Shown piece after piece: positions 50,624-58,196 of a DNA stretch of 64,000 nt; position 1 is the stretch's first letter; every line of letters starts with the position of its first letter. Made by a program: the position numbers and the translations under genes. The notes beneath the pieces were generated by a model that saw only the letters and a program-made list of their open reading frames with translations, searched no databases and had not been told where the DNA came from. Source of the stretch: Candidatus Bathyarchaeota archaeon (GTDB lineage: Archaea > Thermoproteota > Bathyarchaeia > 40CM-2-53-6); contig CAWIHH010000004.1 in the NCBI GenBank assembly GCA_963835925.1, positions 14,452-78,451 on the forward strand, read 5' to 3'.

Positions 50624-51385
50624 GTGGTGTTTTACTTGTCATCAACTTGCCCGTCCTGCGGCCAGCCTTTGGCGACGAACGCAAACTTCTGCGCCTCATG
50701 TGGAGTTAGACTAGCTGCTCCGAGTTCAGCGGGTTCATCTGCTTCTATTGCGAATCAATCTTTACGCTCCATTTTCTCGCAATCCGAATATGTAGTCGAA
50801 AAGAATCTGCTCACCAGCGGGGTCGGGCTAGGAAGTATCCGTTCAACTGAGGATACCTTCGAAATCAAAGACAAGAGTGGAAGTCTTCTTGCCAGCGTAA
50901 AGCGTAAGGGATTCGACACAGGAGACGGGTTGCGGGTTTTCATTGTGGAAACTCCAAGCGGCGAACAAGTTGCGGAATTACGCAAAAACGTATTCCAACT
51001 CGGCGACCTAATGAACATGGACGCCTTAAAGGACAAGCCTTCGTATGAAGCGTTTGACTCAACGGGACGATTATTCGCATCAATAAAACATAAACCCTCA
51101 AAACCCGGCGCGAGGTTTTCAGCCGACGTACCCTGCATCATTGATAACAACGGCCAAGAGATTGCGAGATTAGACTACGGTGGCATCATCCTATCAAAGC
51201 AGTGGACACTCAAATCCTCGGACAGCTTAACAATCGCAACCATACGCGCTCAAACAGTGCCGCGAGAAACTTATACTGTGGAAATCGTGAACTTCGCCAC
51301 AGAACCGTACGTTATCCTGCTAACCCTATTCGGAATGATACCAGAATCCACCAATATGCCTCATCATCCTCACATTCACCATTGA
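50624..51385 (+). CDS. zinc-ribbon protein with beta-rich C-terminal domain (possibly LURP-one/scramblase-like)
   Basis: N-terminal CPSCGQPLATNANFCASCG. The remainder has alternating beta-strand-like repeats (FEIKDKSGSLLASVKRK.., FIVETPSGEQVAELRK..). The family call is tentative. Confidence 0.4.
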   Translation: MVFYLSSTCPSCGQPLATNANFCASCGVRLAAPSSAGSSASIANQSLRSIFSQSEYVVEKNLLTSGVGLGSIRSTEDTFEIKDKSGSLLASVKRKGFDTGDGLRVFIVETPSGEQVAELRKNVFQLGDLMNMDALKDKPSYEAFDSTGRLFASIKHKPSKPGARFSADVPCIIDNNGQEIARLDYGGIILSKQWTLKSSDSLTIATIRAQTVPRETYTVEIVNFATEPYVILLTLFGMIPESTNMPHHPHIHH

Positions 51386-51495
51386 CAAGCATTCAATTCA
51401 TTCGTTCGTTTCTTGACGGAGTACGCATCACCACACTCACCATATGACAACGCAGCGAAAACAGCATTCAACCTCACACGTAATGACAAAACCGT

Positions 51496-51570
51496 TTTGC
51501 GAGCGAAGCGAGCACGTCCGTCGGTCGAAAAGTGTGTGTGGGTCTAGTGGTGCCAGCACCTGAATTTGCG
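51496..51570 (+). repeat. intergenic repeat family copy (full form)
   Basis: tttgcgagcgaagcgagca ..gtgtgtgtgggtctagtggtgccagcacctgaatttgcg. Confidence 0.75.
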
Positions 51571-51599
51571 TCGTCTGATCTTGACTCAATGTCTATGCA

Positions 51600-52004
51600 T
51601 TAATGTCTGGATGGTGCGGCCGCCGAGAACCACCATTCAAACGTGGTTCCCACGACTCGGCCTAGGTCACAAACCTCAAGACGTGTGGTCATTTTGGCCC
51701 AAACAACACCGGCGCCATTGAGTGGAACATTAGGAGACGTGAAGATGATTCCTGACAAGGAGAGAGGTGAGAGCTCCCCTTTGACAAGTAGGGGTTCAAA
51801 CTCGAATGGAGATGCTAGTTGCGGCTGAACAAGGCCGCTCCGCGAGATGCGACCTCCTGAGGAACAGTTTTCATCTCTCCGTACCACCAAACCCGAGACA
51901 TCATAACCAAACGCCAAGAAAGCTAGCCCAACACGGCCATGAAAGAGCTTGACGACTTGACCTAGCTTTTGCGTTCTGGAAACTGATCCTTCGTTCATCG
52001 ACAA
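51600..52004 (-). CDS. hypothetical protein
   Basis: 134-aa ORF. A repeat copy lies immediately upstream of its start. No recognisable family. Confidence 0.3.
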   Translation of the reverse strand: MSMNEGSVSRTQKLGQVVKLFHGRVGLAFLAFGYDVSGLVVRRDENCSSGGRISRSGLVQPQLASPFEFEPLLVKGELSPLSLSGIIFTSPNVPLNGAGVVWAKMTTRLEVCDLGRVVGTTFEWWFSAAAPSRH

Positions 52005-52008
52005 GAAA

Positions 52009-52062
52009 GCGTGCGTGCGGTATCAATGGTGCGCGCGCGCACACAATGACGGTGTAAATTCT
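52009..52062 (+). repeat. intergenic repeat family copy (short form, GC-alternating)
   Basis: gcgtgcgtgcggtatcaatggtgcgcgcgcgcacacaatgacggtgtaaattc. Confidence 0.55.
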
Positions 52063-52166
52063 GATGTGCGCACGATGCAATGCACTCACGTTTATTGCGG
52101 GTGTTGCTACGCTAGGGATTCGAGTCTTTTGAAAGCCATAAGCGTGTACAAGAAGGATTAGTGTTT

Positions 52167-53783
52167 TCACAGTTTTGTGCCGCAGTGTGCGCAGAATTCG
52201 TTGCCCGCGGGGTTCTGGGTTCCACAACTTCGACAGTGGACTCCCCCACCTCTTGCACCTTGAGCCGCTTGTGCTGGCCCGGCTGTTCTTCTGCGCCTCG
52301 ACGCGACGAGAGCCGCACCGACTATTAGGATGATGACAGCGAGTATCAGCAAGCTGTTTTGCTGAAGCATACTCATCAGATCACTCACGCCTGACGCGGT
52401 GGAGGTCTGAGTGCTTGAGGATGAGCTCTGCGTCTGTGTCGCCTGGTTGATGATCAAAACCGCGTTGGCCAGGCGGCTTACTCCTCCACCACTGCCAGTA
52501 ATTGCCAATGTGAACGATCCTGTGGGTGCGCTTGCTAGAAGCGTAACGGTAAGTGTTGAAACAAAGTTCGGAGTCGCTGAGGGAACACTGAAGACAATGT
52601 TGACACCGGAAGGTGCCCCCGTCACTGTTAACGAAACCTGCGAGTTGAAACCCTTCAAACCAACAACATTAACCGTGTACGAAACTGTCTGCCCTTGAAG
52701 CACACTCTGGGACGCTGGACTCACATTGATCTGGAAGTCAGGTGCCTGAGTCACAATCAGGGTGACTGGGGCAGAGTGCGATACACCACCTCCAACCCCA
52801 GAAACTGTCAGTGTGAATGTTCCAGGTGATGCTGAAGCAGTTGTGGTGACGCTTAGAGTGGAACTGAAGGGTGGAGTCCCCGACGAGGGAGTGAGGGAGA
52901 CGGACACCCCTGCAGGTGGTGGTGTGGATAAGCTCAAGGCAACGCTCTGTGCCGTGCCCGACACCAAGTTCACCGTCACCCCATAAGTTGCACCGCTACT
53001 CGGAACAACGCTCTGCTGCGGTGGTGAGGCGGATATTGAGAAATCAAACTGTGCCTGCGGCGCAACCGTGAAGCTCTTACTCATTGCATTGTTACTCGTA
53101 TTCGGGTCAAGCCCCACTGGGATCGTCCCGACTCCCCAAGTCAAAGTATGCGTACCAGGTGTTGCAATCCAAGGCGTTTGCGTGCTTACGGTGAAAGGAG
53201 TACCCGTTGGTCCAGGGTAGGTGAGTGACCCACCGCCGCAAGATGCTCCATCGAGCTCGCAAACTGCAGAGAAGCTCTGCGGAAAAGATCCCGGGGAAGT
53301 AAGCGCGGTCATCGCCATACTGAATGTGACCGGGTCACCAACCTTCGGAGCAGAAGGGCTTAGCGAGACAGAAAGAACTGCCCAATCTGTAGCTGGTGTG
53401 GTGCTCCCAACGACCTGAAAGGTTGCCACATTCCCCACCATCTGATGGAAGGTGATCGCCACAAGGGCTTCATATGTTCCAGGGGTGCTTATGCCGGGAG
53501 GGTATACTTCGTAGTCCAATCCGGGTCCTACTTTCATCGGGCTGCTCTGCCAAATGTCCGAAGAAGTGCCAGAGGGGCGAATATGCACCGTGGCAGTTTC
53601 TTGACCGTTCCACTGCTGACTGCCAGTCGCTTCGACCCAGAAAGTAACCATGAACGATTTGCCTACGGGCACAGATGTTGGACTAACAGATACGTGAAGT
53701 TCATCCGCATTTACGGTTCTCGGAACACTGCCCACCGACACGAGCAAAAGGAGCAAAATCACTAGACCGGATCTAGCTCGCAA
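52167..53783 (-). CDS. large surface protein: signal peptide, tandem Ig-like domains, TM anchor, cytoplasmic zinc ribbon
   Basis: The N-terminus is LVILLLLLVSVGSVPRTVNA. Two approx. 100-aa internal repeats begin FDFSISASPPQQS.. and DFQINVSPASQS.. The C-terminal TM is followed by CRSCGTQNPAGNEFCAHCG. Confidence 0.6.
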   Translation of the reverse strand: MRARSGLVILLLLLVSVGSVPRTVNADELHVSVSPTSVPVGKSFMVTFWVEATGSQQWNGQETATVHIRPSGTSSDIWQSSPMKVGPGLDYEVYPPGISTPGTYEALVAITFHQMVGNVATFQVVGSTTPATDWAVLSVSLSPSAPKVGDPVTFSMAMTALTSPGSFPQSFSAVCELDGASCGGGSLTYPGPTGTPFTVSTQTPWIATPGTHTLTWGVGTIPVGLDPNTSNNAMSKSFTVAPQAQFDFSISASPPQQSVVPSSGATYGVTVNLVSGTAQSVALSLSTPPPAGVSVSLTPSSGTPPFSSTLSVTTTASASPGTFTLTVSGVGGGVSHSAPVTLIVTQAPDFQINVSPASQSVLQGQTVSYTVNVVGLKGFNSQVSLTVTGAPSGVNIVFSVPSATPNFVSTLTVTLLASAPTGSFTLAITGSGGGVSRLANAVLIINQATQTQSSSSSTQTSTASGVSDLMSMLQQNSLLILAVIILIVGAALVASRRRRTAGPAQAAQGARGGGVHCRSCGTQNPAGNEFCAHCGTKL

Positions 53784-54021
53784 AATTCCTTTCCCAATTC
53801 TTATTCTCGTGAGTGAGAATTACTGGGTTGCGAAGGCTATTTGACGCTTTGGATGAACGTTCGAGAAATTGAGGCAACTGAAAATCGACACGGGAGAAAT
53901 AAGGCGCTGTTCATTGAAACGCCGACAGACCCATACTCCGAGGTGGTGATGTGCACCAGTTACGCCGCACACACATTTTTGACGAACGACGACTATGAAG
54001 TAAGTCAAGACTGGGAGTCAC

Positions 54022-54150
54022 ATGGCTGAGAAAGTTGCACGCTATCTTCGGATGCCGCGTCCGCCGATCATGAAGTGTTCAAGCTGTGGTAATGACAATA
54101 ATCTCGGAAGCACTAACTGCAGCAAATGTGGCAAACCACTCCAGTACTGA
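54022..54150 (+). CDS. small zinc-ribbon protein (42 aa, below the ORF-track cutoff)
   Basis: Manual translation gives MAEKVARYLRMPRPPIMKCSSCGNDNNLGSTNCSKCGKPLQY*. Confidence 0.4.
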   Translation: MAEKVARYLRMPRPPIMKCSSCGNDNNLGSTNCSKCGKPLQY

Positions 54151-54301
54151 GCCTAACAGTTCAAATCCTACTGCCCGAACAAATTCAAGAGACTAAAATG
54201 ACGCCGAGTGCAGCGGAAAGCTGAGTTTCAGATGTTTTGCAGATTAGGAGTTCTTCCTCTGATTAGGCGTCACCCTGTTCGATTTATCAATTCTTCTTTG
54301 T

Positions 54302-54484
54302 TTACCACGTCTTCTCAACGCGAGATGGACACTTACTTGGGTCACTTGTTCTTGCATCTCTGCATTCCGAGCTTCCAGCGGCGCAGTTTTCTCCAGCGCC
54401 CTCGTCACAAGGGTAATCCTCTAACAGACAATAGTACTTCTTAATCGCATTAACCGTACGAACCGTTTTGCTCATTTCTATCAA
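54302..54484 (-). CDS. small Cys-containing hypothetical protein
   Basis: 60-aa ORF. Weak support only. Confidence 0.2.
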   Translation of the reverse strand: MIEMSKTVRTVNAIKKYYCLLEDYPCDEGAGENCAAGSSECRDARTSDPSKCPSRVEKTW

Positions 54485-54514
54485 CGAAATCTATTGTGTA
54501 CAGTAGTTAAGAAT

Positions 54515-54547
54515 CTGTGTATGGCTGGTGCGCGCACAATAATCTAA
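54515..54547 (+). repeat. intergenic repeat family copy (short form)
   Basis: ctgtgtatggctggtgcgcgcacaataatctaa. Confidence 0.5.
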
Positions 54548-54605
54548 CACACTAATCCCAGACAAACAGGACAACACTAACACGCCACGCGACAAGAAAA
54601 GTCCG

Positions 54606-54672
54606 TTCTGCGAGCGCAGCGAGCACACGCATTTTTGTGTGTGGTATTCATGTTGCGCGCACGCACACTAAA
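54606..54672 (+). repeat. intergenic repeat family copy (full form)
   Basis: ttctgcgagcgcagcgagca ..tttgtgtgtggtattcatgttgcgcgcacgcacactaaac. Confidence 0.75.
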
Positions 54673-54687
54673 CTGGCAGTTCAACTT

Positions 54688-54717
54688 CTGGCGCTTGCGC
54701 CAGTGGTACGTTTTTTT
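54688..54717 (+). terminator. hairpin plus T7 run
   Basis: ctggcgc-tt-gcgccag (54688-54703) is followed by TTTTTTT at 54711-54717, directly downstream of repeat copy 54606-54672. Confidence 0.3.
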
Positions 54718-54828
54718 GTAATGCGATGAGAAAGGGGTAAGATGGCGGGCGAGCTCAAAGCTCCCAAAAACACCCCACTCCTCGTGGGGTATTCTGTAAC
54801 CGAAATACACCCCCCTCCGTGATGGTGG

Positions 54829-54904
54829 TTCTGCGAGCGAAGCGAGCAGCGGTAGAAAGTGTGTGTGCGCACCACCAGACCCACCACCACCAGAAAGTTT
54901 AAAC
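54829..54904 (+). repeat. intergenic repeat family copy (full form, variant 3' half)
   Basis: ttctgcgagcgaagcgagca ..gtgtgtgtgcgcaccaccag..cagaaagtttaaac. Confidence 0.7.
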
Positions 54905-54962
54905 CGCGACTGACGACGATTCAAACCTCGGCTGCAAAAAAAGGGGTCTCATACCTAGCTAA

Positions 54963-55955
54963 ATGGCCGTACGTGCCATTTCGGAAGATGGTCAAGCCTT
55001 GAGTGCAAATCAGCGCTCCCGTAATCTTTCCCGTCGAATCTTTCTCAGTTTAGTTGCCGCTGGCGGAGCATATGTTGTTGCTGATGCGATCCTCAAGGGT
55101 CCGCTCAGCACCTTGTCAACAGGCAAATTCACTGTAAAGCAAGTTACCACCGCTTCGACGGCATCGCTAACAAGCAGTACCAGCACAATCATATCCAAGA
55201 GTACAACGTTGTCCGCTACGTCGCCATCAGAACCCGTAAACATGCTAGTCTTGTACAAGTCAGACTTTGAAACCGGGAGTTTTCAACCTGAAGTGTTCCT
55301 CAATCAAGATCGTATAAACGGAGCAACATGTGACATAGTTACTGACATTGTCAGAGAGAGAAGATATGCTTGCAAATGTACCGTAACAAATCCAACACCA
55401 ATTGTTCCAACAGGTCTGCAATCAAACAAGGCAATGATTAACTTCCTTAATCTGCGGTCGCCGAATCATGCTCCAATCCGCGAAGCGTACTACGCATTCA
55501 GTGTCTATCTTCCATCTACACTGAATGGGCCGTACTGGATTATGCCTTTCCAGATTATGCAGAAAGATTCCTCCACTAGTGACACCGCTGTTTTGGTTGC
55601 TCTCAAGGCACGCAATTTCCCTCAGACGCCCGACGGAGTGCTGAAACTGTATCTTGCATACGACGGTGCCAATTTTCCAGACCAGATAGAACCTTGGCAT
55701 GATTCTGCTCCCTTGGAACTTGGCCGTTGGCATGACTTCATAATGTATTTCCTATGTGACCAGAATGGGCGAGTGATACTCTGGCAAAATGGTGTTTTGA
55801 AGTGTGATGTTTCCTACAATACTACATATTTGAACAACGCTCCGAATCCGTATCCTCTGGCTGGAATGTATCAAGATGAAAGAAATCCTGCGAACTGGTG
55901 TGTTATTGATCGAATAGTAGTAGCTTCGACTCTTGATGCGGCAACAACTTCCTAA
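54963..55955 (+). CDS. Tat-exported concanavalin-like protein (polysaccharide-lyase-like)
   Basis: The twin-arginine signal is SRRIFLSLVAAGGAYVVA. The C-terminal pattern GRWHDFIMYF..GRVILWQNGV is typical of lectin/lyase beta-jelly-rolls. The family call is tentative. Confidence 0.45.
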   Translation: MAVRAISEDGQALSANQRSRNLSRRIFLSLVAAGGAYVVADAILKGPLSTLSTGKFTVKQVTTASTASLTSSTSTIISKSTTLSATSPSEPVNMLVLYKSDFETGSFQPEVFLNQDRINGATCDIVTDIVRERRYACKCTVTNPTPIVPTGLQSNKAMINFLNLRSPNHAPIREAYYAFSVYLPSTLNGPYWIMPFQIMQKDSSTSDTAVLVALKARNFPQTPDGVLKLYLAYDGANFPDQIEPWHDSAPLELGRWHDFIMYFLCDQNGRVILWQNGVLKCDVSYNTTYLNNAPNPYPLAGMYQDERNPANWCVIDRIVVASTLDAATTS

Positions 55956-55997
55956 ATGAACTGGTTCGTTTCAAGGTGGTGATACTGCTGGTGGTGC

Positions 55998-56036
55998 TTC
56001 AAATTGACGGTTCAAATTGCGATGCTCGCACCAGTA
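55998..56036 (-). repeat. intergenic repeat family copy, inverted orientation, partial
   Basis: ttcaaattgcgatgctcgcaccagta is the reverse complement of tactggtgcgagcatcgcaatttgaa. An extra ttcaaattg lies just upstream. Confidence 0.6.
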
Positions 56037-56113
56037 CCTTGTTTTGGAGACCGCTTCCTCTGTGGGTTTGGTGATCTCCAAACAAGCTGACTCTGCTTTT
56101 GTCTCGTCTCCTT

Positions 56114-56710
56114 CTAACTCGACTTTGCGACGCATGTGAGGCTTGTTACATACTTGACCATTGGATGGCCCTTCACCGTAGGTTGCACGACTCTCGCTGG
56201 ATATCCGTGTGGAATGGTTAATGGGGCATCCTCTGCCTTCAGAGCAATCATTGTTTGCGGATTAGTGATAGCAGCCGTCTGGATTTGTGACTTGTAGCCT
56301 GTGACGCTTTCAACTACGATATGGTCTATTGTCTCGGGTGGTGTTTGCGCTAGCGTGAGAAGATCCGTTAATGGTATGCCTTCCCAAGGAACGTCTTTCA
56401 CCCAGACCACTTTGTGCATTTCACATGAGATTGGTATAGTCATCTTCACAGTCGGCATAGCGTATAGGTCATCGATTGTGAGGTGCAAGGGGTTTGTTAC
56501 GTCTCCTACTATGTGTAATCGATAGGACTTCAAGTCTACCGTAGTTGGCATGTCGGTGTTCCATTCGACTGGGAAATCCGTAGGCTGAAATCCTCTTTCG
56601 AGTCCTCGGACAGTCTTTTCAAAAAGCCACGATATGCCTAGAAAACCGCTAGCCACTACGGCGGAGGTTACGGAAATTAACTTAATGAACGACCTTCTAT
56701 CCAATTTCAC
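56114..56710 (-). CDS. Tat-exported molybdopterin-binding oxidoreductase-like domain protein (SUOX/YedY fold)
   Basis: The Tat signal is DRRSFIKLISVTSAVVASG. YRLHIVGDVTNPLHLTIDDL..IPHGYPARVV resembles the Oxidored_molyb domain. Confidence 0.55.
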   Translation of the reverse strand: MKLDRRSFIKLISVTSAVVASGFLGISWLFEKTVRGLERGFQPTDFPVEWNTDMPTTVDLKSYRLHIVGDVTNPLHLTIDDLYAMPTVKMTIPISCEMHKVVWVKDVPWEGIPLTDLLTLAQTPPETIDHIVVESVTGYKSQIQTAAITNPQTMIALKAEDAPLTIPHGYPARVVQPTVKGHPMVKYVTSLTCVAKSS

Positions 56711-56815
56711 GAGCTTAGCCTCGGCTATGCTACATCAATTCCTATGTAGCCTACTTATCAAGTGCTCGTTGCACATTATCTGGGCCTTGTGCTCTATGCC
56801 ATATTTACTCGTCCG

Positions 56816-56918
56816 GCGATGAGAAAGGAGTTTCTGCGAGCGTAGCGAGCATTCGTGTGTGTGGTACTACTGGTGCGAGCAACGTAATTTGAACTGATGT
56901 TCTTTGTGTGTGGTGCTC
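56816..56918 (+). repeat. intergenic repeat family copy (full form)
   Basis: gcgatgagaaaggag-tttctgcgagcgtagcgagca-ttc-gtgtgtgtggtactactggtgcgagcaacgtaatttgaac, plus a second tgtgtgtggtgctcg at 56904-56918. Confidence 0.8.
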
Positions 56919-56922
56919 GTTA

Positions 56923-58184
56923 CTAGAAGAGGTTTAGTTTCTGGAATTGTGAGTTCAGGATCTGTGTAGGGTCAGCGCCCAGCCAATCTTGGAGGATGGT
57001 TGCGTAGACTTGTCTGAAGTCGGTGGTGAATTTGAGGTCTCCGTTATCCAAGTCTGTTAGGCTCGGGTATGTTCCATATAGACCGCCCTTTACTCGTCCT
57101 CCTATGATGAACATTGGTTCGGCTGTGCCGTGATCAGTGCCCAAGCTTCCGTTTTCGTCGACGCGTCGGCCGAATTCGCTGAAGGTCATGATCATCGTAT
57201 CGTTAGCTTTCCCTTTCTCATCCATATCCTGGTAGAAGGCGGAGATGCCGTCGCTCACAGTTTTCAGGAGGTTGGCTTGGGTGTCCTTCTGGTTTGCGTG
57301 GGTGTCGAATCCTCCGATCTGTACGTAGATAATGATGGGTTTGAGGCTTGAAGTGATGACTTGGGCGGCTAGTTTGAGACGGGTTGAAAAATCGTCTGTC
57401 GGATACGCTACGCTTGTTTGATAGTTGGCTGCTGCCTGTTGGACTATGTTCGACGCGGTGATTGCGTCTAGGCCCGCTTGCATCATCGAGTTGACGAGGT
57501 TGTTGTATTCTTGGCATGAACTGCATTGAATTGAATCGAGTGCTTTGAGAGAGGCTTCGGACTGGGTTTGGGGCAGTTTCTTGCTCAGCGGGTTGACTTT
57601 GAAGGATTGTAGGGTTTGGATCGCCATCGCTCTCTCGCTTTGTCCTATGACCGCGGCCAGAGAAGTGAGTCAAGGTTCACCGCGTTTATGCTTGCGTCAC
57701 TGCTTTTGGCAGTGTCGAGGTATCGGCCTAACCATCCGCTGCTTGAGGATGGGTCGCTCACCGAGGCACTTTGCCATATGCTCATCGATTCGTAGTGTGA
57801 ACGGTTGGGGTTCGGGTATCCGACTCCTTGGACGACGGCTACGTGCTCATTCTTGAATAATCCTTGGATGGCGGTCATGTTTGGGTGGAGTGCGACATCG
57901 GCGTCGAGCGGTAGAACTTCGCTCTTGTCCAGGGCGAGCGTTAGACGTGCGGTGTAGTAGGCTTGCTGAGAGTATGGAATGACGGTGTTGATGCCATCAT
58001 TGCCGCCCGTCAATTGAACTACGAGTAAGGTCTGATTCTTCAGGTCTTGGAGTTGTTGTGAAGTGGGAAAATTGCTCAGGTCAACTATTTTAGGACCAAA
58101 ACTGAGGGGATTAAGAGAGGGCACTTTTCCGACGGTTCGAATCATTTGCTGCAGGAGCATTCTTCTAGCTAAATTTACCGGCAT
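56923..58184 (-). CDS. DUF1501 (sulfatase-fold) protein, frameshift near 57640
   Basis: Motifs QLTGGNDGINTVIPY, GVGYPNPNRSHYES and (C-part) GGFDTHANQ, GTDHG. Confidence 0.7.
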
Positions 58185-58196
58185 CTTACTTCATCC

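Noticed and set aside
56816-56900. The repeat copies might be C/D-box sRNAs, given GATGAGA/GTGATGG-like boxes at the 5' side and CTGA at the 3' side of some copies.
   Set aside because: The box-like strings are imperfect and present in only some copies. The span is 75-90 nt, longer than I recall being typical for archaeal C/D sRNAs. The interior, where guides should vary, is the most conserved part. The idea is kept only as a low-probability alternative.
37716-56918. The intergenic repeat copies might be a CRISPR array associated with the cas1 remnant.
   Set aside because: The copies are hundreds to thousands of bp apart with genes between them. Their lengths and internal spacers vary and one copy is inverted. 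There is no regular repeat-spacer periodicity.
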